Below are positions 1-10,975 of a stretch of DNA of 64,000 bases, one piece after another (position 1 is the stretch's first letter; each line of letters starts with the position of its first letter). The stretch comes from Mobula hypostoma. Taxonomy: Eukaryota. Where the stretch lies: NCBI RefSeq assembly GCF_963921235.1, contig NC_086097.1, positions 98,334,001 through 98,398,000 of the forward strand, read 5' to 3'. The notes below the pieces were generated by a model. The model worked only from the letters and a program-made list of their open reading frames with translations. It had not been told where the DNA came from and did not search any database. The position numbers and the translations under genes are program-made.

Positions 1-112
1 AGCAAAACAAAGTGGACAGCTAAATTATAGACAACTAATAATCTGCAGAGCTTCAGAGATAAAGTCAGCAAATGGGGACAATGGAATTGTTCTCACTGCT
101 GGCACAGAACTG

Positions 113-866
113 ATGAACATAAGAATAAGGACGAGTAGGTCATCCGGCCCATCGAGCTTGCCCCGCCATTCAATAAGATCATGACTGATCCATCCGTAAA
201 CTCAGCTCCATCTACCTGCCTTTTCCCCATAACCCTTAATTCCCTCACTATGTAAAAATCTATCTAACTGTATCTTAAATATATTTAGTGAAGAAGCCTC
301 AACTGCTTCCCTGGGCAGAGAATTCCACAGATTCACCAATCTCTGGGAAAAACAGTTTCTCCTCATCTCCGTCCGAAATCTTCTTCCCTGAATCTTGAGG
401 CAATGTCCCTTAGTTCTAGTCTTACCTACCAATGGAAACAACTTTCCTACTTCTATCTTATCCATCCCTTTCAAATTTTTGAATGTTTCTGTAAGATCCC
501 CTCTCATTCTTCTGAACTCCAGAGAGAATAGTCCTCTCCTCAATCTCTCCTCAAAGGTTAACCCCTTCATCTCTGTAGTCAACCTGGTGAACCTCCTCTG
601 CACTGCCTCCAAAGCCAGTTTATCCTTCAAGTGTGGAGACCAGAACTGCGCACAGTACTCCAGGTGCGGCCACACCAGTACCCTGTACAGTTGCATCACG
701 ACCTCCCTGCTCTTGAATTCAATCCCTCTAGCAAAGAAGGCCAACATTTCATTTGCTTTCTTAATAACCTGTTGTACCTGCAAGCCAACTTATTGCGATT
801 CATGAACAAGCACTCCTAAGTCCCTCTGCACAACAGCATGCTGCAATCTTTCACCATTTAAATAAT
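113..866 (-). mobile_element. CR1 LINE 3' fragment (RT C-terminus + 3' UTR)
   Basis: ORF 202..783 has CR1 ORF2 C-terminal motifs (PHLEYCAQFWSP, VQRRFTRL, RGDLTETFK, FSQRLVNLWNSLP); 3' tail near 113-130. Confidence 0.9.
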
Positions 867-1367
867 AATGAGCCAAATGGTATCCTTTTGGTATGCTCCA
901 TCAATTCTACCATTCCAGTTCTTGACTTTCTCAACTAGTTTACCATGCTCGACTCTGTAACCTTTAAAAAAAAACTCATTTGAAAAATTAGTTTAATTAA
1001 ACTCAATTAATTTTTTTAAACTGCTGAGCAGTTATTTGTGTAAACCCTCCTACAGTTGTGATACAACACAAATCTAATTTCGAGCTTATGTCCTTGGCAT
1101 GCTACTTAGTTTCTACTTTGTATCCCACCTACCTTGAGATAGGAGTCAGAATTCTGTTAATCACTATAAAGCATTTTGTGTTTATCACACTGTACTTTGT
1201 GACTATTTTCACTCACAATATTGTAACTTTTCTTTCATAATTCCTAGTGGATAATATTTTTCATAAATAGAACATTTGCCAAAATATGCCACTTACAACC
1301 CCTCCCCCCCATTTAATTTGGTTCATTTTCTCGACAGCTAACAAAACTAAAACTGGTTTCGATGGTG

Positions 1368-2380
1368 ACACAAGACACAGCATATCACAAGACAAAGGAG
1401 AAGTAGGCCATTTGGCCCATCGAGTCTACTCCACCATGAGCTAAACTATTCTCCCATCTAGTTCCAATTTCCAGCTTTTTCGCCATATCCCTTGATACTC
1501 TAATTAGATACTTATCAATCTCCTCCTTAAACACCCTCAATGATTGGGCCTCCACAGCTGTATGTGGCAACGAATTCCATAAATCCACGACCCCCTGGCT
1601 AAAAAATTTCTCATCTCAGTCTTAAATGGGTATCCTTTAATTCTAAGACTGTGGCCTCTTATCCTGGACTCACCCACCAAGGGAAACAGTCTCTCCACAT
1701 CTACTCTGTCCAACCCTTTCAACATTCGAAATGTTTCTATGAGATCCCCTCTCATTCTTCTATACTCTAATGCATACAGTCCAAGAGCCGACAGACGCTC
1801 CTCATATGTTAGCCCCTGCATTCCAGGAATCATCCTCGTAAATCTTCTCTGAACTCTCTCCAACATCAGTACATCCCTTCTAAGATAGGGGCCCCAAAAG
1901 TGTACACAGTATTCCAAATGAGGTCTCACCAGTGCCCCATAGAGCCTCATCAACACTTCCTTACTCTTATTCACTATTCCTCTTGAAATGAATGCCAACA
2001 TAGCATTCACTTTCATTATTGCCAGTCCAACCTGTTGGTTAACCTTTAGGCTATTCTGCACGAGGACCCCCAAGTCCCTTTGCACTTCTGATTTTTGAAT
2101 TTTCTCCCCGTCTAAATAATAATCTGCCCGATTACTACTTCTTCCAAAATGTACAACTGTACACTTCTCAACATTGTATCTCATCTGCCATTTCTTTCCC
2201 CACTCTCCTAAACTGACCAAGTCTCTCTGCAACCTTTCCGTTTCTTCAACACTTCCTGCTCCTCCACCTATCTTGGTGTCATCTGCACACTCAGCCACAA
2301 AACCATTTAATTCATAATCTAAATCATCGATATACATTGTAAAAAGCAGCCCCAACACCAACCCCTGCGGAACACCACAG
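1368..2380 (-). mobile_element. CR1 LINE 3' fragment
   Basis: ORF 1537..2361 with ADDTKIGG, RPHLEYCVHFW, RGDLIETF; frameshifted near the C-terminus. Confidence 0.9.
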
Positions 2381-3349
2381 TATATGCTGTGATTTGATTG
2401 TTTTCACCCAAGGATTTGCAAGTGGCGCACAGTGGCCATTCATTCCCTTTACATTATTTTGGAATTGGAATCAAAGTGTGGAAAATATAAACTGTAACTT
2501 CAGGTCTGGCAAAAAATCTGTAGAGAACATGTCAAAGGAACTAGGAAAAAGCAGAAACAGTATGGTTTTAAGTTGCAGATCGGGGGAGAGGGGAAAACAG
2601 AGGGCATATCTGTGATAGGGTGGAGACCAGGACCTTTCAGGCTCTCTCTACTCTCTCCCTGCTTCAACTTAAAACAGAACTGTTTTCTCAGTTTTCAAGT
2701 TATGGACTCAAAATGTGAACACTATTTCACTCTCTAGACGTTGAATGACAACATTTTCTGCTTTTATACCCCAGTTTCAGATTTTTATTTGAAAAAGGAT
2801 TCACTTAGAATAGGAGGAGATAAATAGCAAAAAAAAAAGGAACTTCATGAAGCAGCCCATTTCGGTCTGCTTCATCACCTTACTTTTCTACCACCTGTCA
2901 TGACCCTGCTCTATTTCATTCTCCCTTTCCTATCTCACCAAATTACTCCTCAGTCTTGACTTTTCTCTGAATGGCATTGTAAAGATAATTCAGGTCACTG
3001 TCCTTCTTGACGCATCTGCAGCCTTCAACTTTGTTGACTACACCATCCTCTTCCAATGCCTCACCACTGTTTGCCAGGATCTAGTTCAATTTATGGATAA
3101 ACAAAATCACCAGCTACTTATTTTCTCCCTGGTTCTGAACCTACAGTTATCATCCTTGGCGCCCCTAATTTGCACGATGCTCCACATCTTCAGGAACACA
3201 GTGCTGTTTCCATCTGTATACGTGAAGTCATCCAGTTGTCTCAGCACCTCACTACTCGATCCCAAAGTAATCGAACAACGAACCTGCCTTCTTTGGACAT
3301 CACAAACTAGACACAGGCACTGATTCCTCTTCTGCTCCTTGCAACTTAT

Positions 3350-3616
3350 TTATTTGGTGATACAGTGTGGAACAGGCCATGGTGCCAAGCAACCCACTTA
3401 TTTAACCCTAGCTTAATCAAGGGACAATTTATAACGAGCAATTGACCTACTAACCAGTAGGCCTTTGGATTGTGGGAGGAAACTGGAGCACCTGGAGGAA
3501 AGTCACTTGGCCACAGGGAGAACGGACAAACTCTTTTGAGGTGGCATCGTAATTGAACTCTGATGCCCTGAGCTGTAATAGCATCACACTAACTGCCATG
3601 CTACCGTAGCCCCCCT
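3350..3616 (-). mobile_element. tRNA-derived V-SINE/HE1-like SINE
   Basis: Minus strand has a tRNA-like head followed by the V-domain-like TTTCCTCCAGGTGCTCCAGTTTCCTCCCAC. Confidence 0.65.
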
Positions 3617-4370
3617 GTATAACTGTACAAAACTGATCAAAATCTGTAATTACAGCATTTCCCTGCATTTCAGTTACCGTGCGGAGTGCACTCATACACC
3701 TTAGAGGGAAGTGTCTTTGAACCTCGGTAAAATATTGACCCCAGATGATGTTCAGAGCACATAATCAAGTCATCCTTAAAACCACTAAATTCACCTCAAT
3801 AGGTCTGCCCAATCTCATCCCAGTTTCAATTTAGCTATCATTAAATCAGTAATTGTTCTGTTCATAAACTGGAGGATACTTTACATTGTGCTTACTGACA
3901 AACTCTAGCTTCCAGTTTTAAAACTCCTTAATTTCAAATTAACTTATGGTTTCTAACTCCTCCTTCCCTTGATCTCCTCTTGCCCCAAAAAACAGAAATC
4001 AGCGCTTTAATTTTGACCTTTGGGTTTTTAAATTGCTCCTCCATCGGCAGCTATACCTTCAAAGTGACACAGCAGAGTGCTCAATTTCAGTCCCAGTCCT
4101 TAGCTCCACTAATACTTTTCATGGCACCGAGTAATTTAGTCAGTCTCTTGGTCAACTGCACCAGTACATTATGTGGCTCAATGTCATGTTTTGACATCCA
4201 GAGGACTTGGAGCTCTGAGGGGATGATGGTGTTCTGTGCATTGATCCCTGTCAACATTCACGTGAAGTATCTTTGGGCACTTTCCGCAAAAGGAAGTGTT
4301 TTTTTTTTGCAACACACATAAAAGTTGCTGGTGAACGCAGCAGGCCAGGCAGCATCTGTAGGAAGAGGTA

Positions 4371-4408
4371 CAGTCGACGTTTCAGGCCGAGACCCTTCGT
4401 CAGGACTA
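4371..4408 (-). ncRNA. Minimal type I hammerhead ribozyme motif (Penelope 3' region)
   Basis: Minus strand reads TAGTC-CTGACGA-AGGGTCTCGGCCT-GAAAC-GTC-GACTG: CUGANGA and GAAA cores, stem I AGTC/GACT, short stem II, GUC cleavage triplet. Confidence 0.8.
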
Positions 4409-6716
4409 ACTGAAGGAAGAGTGAGTAAGAGATTTGAAAGTGGGAGGGGGAGGGGGAGATCCAAAATGATACGAGAAGACAGGAGGGGGAGGGATGGAGC
4501 CAAGAGCTGGACAGATGATTGGCAAAAGGGATATGAGAGGATCATGGGACAGGAGGCCCAGTGCGAAAGACAAGGGGGGGGGACCCAGAGGATGGGCAAG
4601 GGGTATAGTCAGAGGGACAGAGGGAGAAAAAGGAAGGAGAGAAAAAGAATGTGTGTATATAAATAAATAACAGATGGGGTACGAGGGGGAGGTGGGGCAT
4701 TAGCGGAAGTTAGAGAAGTCAATGTTCATGCCATCAGGTTGGAGGCTACCAAGACGGAATATAAGGTGTTGTTCCTCCAACCTGAGTGTGGCTTCATCTT
4801 TACAGTAGAGGAGGCCGTGGATAGACATATCAGAATGGGAATGGGATGTGGAATTAAAATGTGTGGCCACTGGAAGATCCTGCTTTCTCTGGCAGACAGA
4901 GCGTAGGTGCTCAGCAAAGCGGTCTCCCAGTCTGCGTCGGGTCTCGCCAATATATAGAAGGCCACATCGGGAGCACCGGACGCAGTATATCACCCCAGTC
5001 GACTCACAGGTGAAGTGTTGCCTCACCTGGAAGGACTGTTTGGGGCCCTGAATGGTGGTAAGGGAGGAAGTGTAAGGGCATGTGTAGCACTTGTTCCGCT
5101 TACACGGATAAGTGCCAGGAGGGAGATCAGTGGGGAGGGATGGGGGGGACGAATGGACAAGGGAGTCGCGTAGGGAGTGATCCCTGCGGAATGCCGAGAG
5201 AAGAGGGGGAGGGAAAGATGTGCTTAGTGGTGGGATCCCGTTGGAGGTGGCGGAAGTTACGGAGAATAATATGTTGGACCCGGAGGCTGGTGGGGTGGTA
5301 GGTGAGGACCAGGGGAACCCTATTCCTAGTGGGGTGGCGGGAGGATGGAGTGAGAGCAGATGTACGTGAAATGGGGGAGATGCATTTAAGAGCAGAGTTG
5401 ATAGTGGAGGAAGGGAAGCCCCTTTCTTTAAAAAAGGAAGACATCTCCCTCGTCCTAGAATGAAAAGCCTCATCCTGAGAGCAGATGCGGTGGAGACGGA
5501 GGAATTGCGAGAAGGGGATGGCGTTTTTGCAAGAGACAGGGTGAGAAGAGGAATAGTCCAGATAGCTGTGAGAGTCAGTAGGCTTATAGTAGACATCAGT
5601 GGATAAGCTGTCTCCAGAGACAGAGACAGAAAGATCTAGAAAGGGGAGGGAGGTGTCGGAAATGGACCAGGTAAACTTGAGGGCAGGGTGAAAGTTGGAG
5701 GCAAAGTTAATAAAGTCAACGAGCTCTGCATGTGTGCAGGAAGCAGCACCAATGCAGTCGTCGATGTAGCAAAGGAAAAGTGAGGGGCAGATACCAGAAT
5801 AGGCACGGAACATAGATTGTTCTACAAAGCCAACGAAACGGCAGGCATAGCTAGGACCCATACGGGTGCCCATAGCTACACCTTTAGTTTGGAGGAAGTG
5901 GGAGGAGCCAAAGGAGAAATTATTAAGAGTAAGGACTAATTCCGCTAGACGGAGCAGAGTGGTGGTAGAGGGGAACTGATTAGGTCTGGAATCCAAAAAG
6001 CGTAGAGCTTCTTATCCGTGTAAGCAGAACAAGTGCTACACATGCCCTTACACTTCCTCCCTTACCACCATTCAGGGCCCCAAATAGTCCTTCCAGGTGA
6101 GGCGACACTTCACCTGTGAGTCGGCTGGGGTGATATACTGCGTCCGGTGCTCCCGATGTGGCCTTCTATATATTGGCGAGACCCGACGCAGACTGGGAGA
6201 TTGCTTTGCTGAGCACCTACGCTCTGTCCGCCAGAGAAAGCAGGATCTCCCAGTGGCCATGCATTTTAATTCCACATCCCATTCCCATTCTGACATGTCT
6301 ATCCACGGCCTCCTCTACTGTAAAGATGAAGCCACACTCAGGTTGGAGGAACAACAGCTTATATTCCATCTGGGTAGCCTCCAACCTGATGGCATGAACA
6401 TTGACTTCTCAAACTTCTGCTAATGCCCCACCTCCCCCTCGTACCCCATCTGTTATTTATTTTTATACACACATTCTTTCTCTCACTCGCCTTTTTCTCC
6501 CTCTGTCCCTCTGAATATACCTCTTGCCCATCCTCTGGGTTCCCCCCCCCTTGTCTTTCTTCCCGGACATCCTGTCCCATGATCCTCTCGTATCCCCTTT
6601 TGCCTATCACCTGTCCAGCTCTTGGCTCTATCCCTCCCCCTCCTGTCTTCTCCTATCATTTTGCATCTCCCCCTCCCCCTCCAACTTTCAAATCCCTTAC
6701 TCACTCTTCCTTCAGT

Positions 6717-6754
6717 TAGTCCTGACGAAGGGTCTCGGCCTGAAACGTCGACTG
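6717..6754 (+). ncRNA. Minimal type I hammerhead ribozyme motif
   Basis: CTGACGA 6722-6728, GAAAC 6742-6746, GTC 6747-6749; stem I AGTC (6718-6721) pairs with GACT (6750-6753). Confidence 0.8.
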
Positions 6755-6960
6755 CGCCTCTTCCTATAGATGCTGCTTGGCCTGCTGCGTTCACCAGCAA
6801 CTTTGATGTGTGTGGCTTGAATTTCCAGCATCTGCAGAATTCCTATTGTTTGTGTTTTTTTTTGCCGCGGCTACCCTACGCCCCACCACCCACCCTCAAT
6901 CACCACGGTCACACATCTCCAACTCCGGAGACTTCTCACAAGGCTTTCTAGCGTTCTCAC

Positions 6961-7084
6961 CTTGATCCAGAACGATAACATTCGTGGCAGTATCCACTTG
7001 CTGCAAACGCCCCGAATAAGTCCCGCACATCAGAGTGACTCTGACCCGCTTGCCGAATAGGCCCCGCAACCAGGCGGCATCCAT
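6961..7084 (-). CDS. EXD1: EXD1 (piRNA biogenesis exonuclease-domain protein), first coding exon, N-terminal Lsm-like segment
   Basis: MDAAWLRGLFGKRVRVTLMCGTYSGRLQQVDTATNVIVLDQ resembles the recalled vertebrate EXD1 N-terminus (..WKRVKLTLVCGVFEGVLQHVDPNKIVVLKK). It ends at a phase-1 donor CAAG|GTGAGA (GT at 6960-6959) and lies next to INO80, as in mammals. Later exons were not found in this window. Confidence 0.85.
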
Positions 7085-7599
7085 CGCGTCGCCGCCAAGC
7101 GCTCTTTTCCCTCCACAAGAGCACGTGCTGCTGCGCCGCGCCGGAAGGACCGCCCCTTTCCCTTAATGATTGACAGGTCAGGCAGTACAGTTTTCTTTTG
7201 AAATTTTCCGACCGTTAGCAGCGAGGACTGCGGGAGGATATCGCGAGATGATAAACCCCTCCTTTCTGCTATCTTTGGCACTCCGCCCCTCCTTTCCCGG
7301 AGCCGCACGAGGAACAAAAACCGCCCGCCTGATTGGTTGATCCTTGAGCCTGCTGTGTAACGTCACACTGACTTCGGCATTTTCCGTCGTTTTAGGCATG
7401 AGAGTTGATGATCGACTCGATCGATGACCTCTCTTCCACTTTCTTCGAATTCGCCCTTTTTCCGATCGAAATTTTCAGAAATAACCAAACCTAAAGGAAT
7501 AGGGGATCGACATTCCTCACAGCTATGTACCAAAGTTAGGACAGAGGAAGCGTGCGGTCTGTGTTCCCGACAAGTTGTCAGGGATGAAGCGGGTTGGCG

Positions 7600-7811
7600 C
7601 TCGGCTGCTTCGGCCTGGGTGGGCTGGAAGTAGAACCGCAATGGCGGTCGTCGGCGGCGGCGGCGCTCGGAGGGACTCAGGCAGAGCGGCTGCGAAACCG
7701 GCCGCCCCGCTCCCTCTGTCAGACATCGCAACCTCTGCCTCGCCAAAGCAAGCGCCATCTTGGCTGGGCGAGCGGAGCGGCGCGGCGAGGCAGACGCAGG
7801 GGCGAGCCGAG
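7600..7811 (+). other. INO80: Probable INO80 exon 1 (5' UTR; start approximate)
   Basis: GC-rich segment ending at a strong donor GAG|GTGAGC (GT 7812-7813). This is the only CpG island upstream of the INO80 ATG exon. TSS not determinable from sequence. Confidence 0.62.
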
Positions 7812-8839
7812 GTGAGCGGCTGTGTGTGAGTGAGTGAGTGTGTATGCGGCGGGGGGAGGAGGCGGGCGGCCCGCCGAGCGGGCGTTTGTGCCGATTATTT
7901 GGTGGGGAACGGCTCGGCGACTTGCGAGGACTTTACCCCCCCCTCGTGTGATAGATCCGGCGGAGGAAGGGAAGGAAGGAATAAACTCCAAGGCGGCTTC
8001 GACGTTTCGCCTCGTCTCACCCTCTGGCACATTCGCATTGGCCACCCCCCCCCCCTTTCCCCCCAAGTCCGCTCCTGTCTGCGAGAGGATCGGGGCCGTT
8101 TAAAGGGCCAGGCACCCTCCCTCCCCAACCCACACCCCCTCCCCCTCGCTACACGCAGCGCCTTCTCTTCCTCCTCGGGCCTAGTCGGCCTCTCAAACTT
8201 TATTCCCCCGCTCGCCCTCGCTTTCCAAACACATTGCCCAGGTGCGAGCCTAAATTGCCGGCTCCCAGCAACTTTTTCTCCCTCTTTCTCTTTTCGCATG
8301 TTCACTTTACAAACATTTTAAATGTGCGGCAATGAAAGGGGAGGGTTGTTGATTTAATTTTTGGGGTGGCTGCAGTGGTTTATTTAAAACATTATTTTTT
8401 ATCAGAACACTTCTACTTTGAAATTATAACCTGTTACCAGTAACTGACATCAAGGTTTTTTGATCCACGTGACTTTTTCCCCTCATTTATATTAAGCTTA
8501 AACTCGAGGTAGAAATTACTGAAAAATATACCGTTACCAATTATTTGTTACAAGAATGATATTTTAGGCCTTGCCAAGAACATTGCAAATAATTTTGACG
8601 AACCACATTTTACTAAAGTTAATTGTTTGGACAAATGTAGGATTCTTAGACTAACAGAATGAGGTCATTTATAACAATTAAAGTGAAGCATTTTAAAGAT
8701 TTGATGGTGTAATCAACTTGTTAAATCAAAGATTTACTGTAACTGACAGTTCTGTGTATGTTCTGTAAGACTTTTAGAAACTGCTACTTTGGAATACACT
8801 ATTTCTCACTTTTTGATTCCTGTGTTTTGAGATTGTCCA

Positions 8840-10975
8840 ATAGAACCATAGAAACTACAGCACAGAAACAGGCCCTTTGGCCCTTCTTGGCTGTGCCGAA
8901 CCATTTTCTGCCTAGTCCCACTGACCTGCACACGGACCATATCCCTCCATACACCTCCCATCCATGTATCTGCCCAAGTTATTCTTAAATGTTAAAAAAG
9001 AACCCGCATTTACCACCTTGTCTGGCAGCTCATTCCATACTCCCACCACTCTCCGTGTGAAGAAGCCCCCCCCTAATGTTCCCTTTAAACTTTTCCTCCC
9101 TCACCCTTAACCCATGTCCTCTGGTTTTTTTCTCCCCTTGCCTCAGTGGAAAAAGCTTGCTTGCATTCACTCTATCTATACCCATCATAATTTTATATAC
9201 CTGTATCAAATCTCCCTCATTCTTCTACACTCCAGGGAATAAAGTCCTAACCTATTCAACCTTTCTCTGTAACTGAGTTTCTCAAGTCCCGGCAACATCC
9301 TTGTAAACCTTCTCTGCACTCTTTCAACCTTATTCATATCCTTCCTGTAATTTGGTGACCAAAACTGAACACAATACTCCAGATTCGGCCTCACCAATGC
9401 TTTATACAACCTCATCATAACATTCCAGCTCTTATAGTCAATACTTCGATTAATAAAGGCCAATGTACCAAAAGCTCTCTTTACGACCCTATCTACCTGT
9501 GACGCCACTTTTAGGGAATTTTGTATCTGTATTCTCAGATCCCTCTGTTCCACTGCACTCCTCAGTGCCTTACCATTAACCCTGTTTGTTCTACGTTGGT
9601 TTGTCCTTCCAACGTGCAATACCTCACACTTGTCAGTATTAAACTCCATCTGCCATTTTTCAGCCCATTTTTCCAGCTGGTCCAAGTCCCTCTGCAGGCT
9701 CTGAAAACCTTCCTCACTGTCTACTACACCTCCAATCTTTGTTTCATCAGCAAACTTGCTGATCCAATTTACCACATTATCATCCAGATCATTGATATAG
9801 ATGACAAATAACAATGGACCCAGCACTGATCCCTGTGGCACACCACTAGTCACAGGCCTCCACTCAGAGAAGCAATTCTCTACCACCACTCTCTGGCTTC
9901 TTCCATCGAGCCAATGTCTAATCCAATTTACCACCTCTCCATGTATACCTAGCGACTGAATTTTCCTAACTAACCTCCCATGCGGGACCTTGTCAAAGGC
10001 CTTACTGAAGTCCATGTAGACAACATCCACTGCCTTCCCTTCATCCACTCCCCTGGTAACCTCCTCGAAAAACTCCAACAGATTGGTCAAACATGACCTA
10101 CCACGCACAAAGCCATGTTGACTCTCCCTAATAAGCCCCTGTCTATCCAAATGCTTGTAGATTCTGTCTCTTAGTACTCCCTCCAATAATTTACCTACTA
10201 CCGACATTAAACTCACCGGCCCATAATTTCCCAGATTACTTTTCGATCCTTTTTTAAACAACGGAACAACATGAGCCACTCTCCAATCCTCCGGCACTTC
10301 ACCCATAGACAGCGACATTTTAAATATTTCTGCCAGGGCCCCCGCAATTTCAGCACTAGTCTCCTTCAAGGTCCGAGGGAACACTCTGTCAGGTCCCGGG
10401 GATTTATCCACTTTAATTTTCCTCAAGACAGCAAGCACCTCCTCCTTTTCAATCTGTACAGTTTCCATGGTCTCACTACTTGATTCCCTCTATTCCATAG
10501 ATTTCATGCCAGCTTCCTTAGTAAATACAGACGCAAAAAACCTATTTAAGATCTCCCCCATTTCCTTTGGTACCGCACAAAGCCGACCACTCTGATCTTC
10601 AAGAGGACCAATTTTATCCCTTACAATCCTTTTGCTCTTAATATACTTGTAAAAGCTCTTTGGATTATCCTTCACTTTGACTGCCAAGGCAACCTCATGT
10701 CTTCCTTTAGCCCTCCTGATTTCTTTCTTAAGTATTTTCTTGCACTTCTCAAGCACCTGATTTACCCCTTGTTTCATACAACTCCCTCTTCTTCTTTATC
10801 AGAGTTGCAATATCCCTTGAGAACCAAGGTTCCTTATTTCTATTCAATTTGCCTTTAATCCTGACAGGAACATACAAACTCTGCACTCTCAAAATTTCCC
10901 CTTTGAAGGCTTCCCACCTACCAATCACATCTTTGCCAGAGAACAACCTGTCCCAATCCACGCTTTTTAGATCTT
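8840..10975 (-). mobile_element. CR1 LINE, 5'-truncated (ORF2 RT region)
   Basis: ORFs 9206..10468, 10490..10777 and 10749..10961 (KSPGPD, QHGFVRGRSC, DFSKAFDKVPH, GVPQGSVLGP). Confidence 0.93.

Larger units (their letters stand above)
4311..6851. mobile_element. Penelope-like (Neptune-type) retroelement with inverted pLTR: long arm minus (4311-~6010), short arm plus (~6011-6851)
   Basis: RT (GVAMGTRMGPSYA, YIDD), Cys-rich linker (CKRNKCYTC) and GIY-YIG endonuclease (VIYCVRC..CGLLYIGET) in ORFs 5127..5996, 4700..5596 and 6097..6423. Direct repeat GTG(T)9-10GC at 4296-4310 and 6852-6865 is the TSD. Confidence 0.92.
6866..8260. promoter_or_regulatory. CpG island / bidirectional promoter of EXD1 and INO80
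   Basis: Sharp rise in GC and CpG versus CpG-depleted flanks. Motifs: E-box CACGTG 7122-7127, ETS CCGGAAG 7141-7147, TATCGCGAGA (TMTCGCGANR/BANP-type) 7239-7248, inverted CCAAT 7332-7336, CRE-like TAACGTCA 7358-7365, YY1-type CGCCATCTTG 7753-7762. Confidence 0.85.

Noticed and set aside
3560..3616. tRNA-like sequences (also near 12490-12560 and 51655-51720)
   Set aside because: Degenerate SINE heads with no complete cloverleaf.
880..3840. Candidate EXD1 exon 2 on the minus strand (AG..GT pairs near 910-962, 1132-1165, 1297-1339, 3795-3835)
   Set aside because: Translations do not resemble the expected VKNVETGRSVPGVKLFFG-type sequence or contain stops; some look like decayed LINE. Exon 2 is probably outside the window.
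4258..6951. Repeated MLVNAAGQAAS.. and MAFYILARP.. ORFs as a novel gene family
   Set aside because: These are antisense or alternative frames of Penelope 3' regions, repeated only because the element is repeated.
7030..8321. Many overlapping Arg/Gly/Ala/Pro-rich ORFs
   Set aside because: Expected from stop-codon scarcity in a CpG island; no recognisable domains. Only the EXD1 exon and the spliced uORF candidate were kept.
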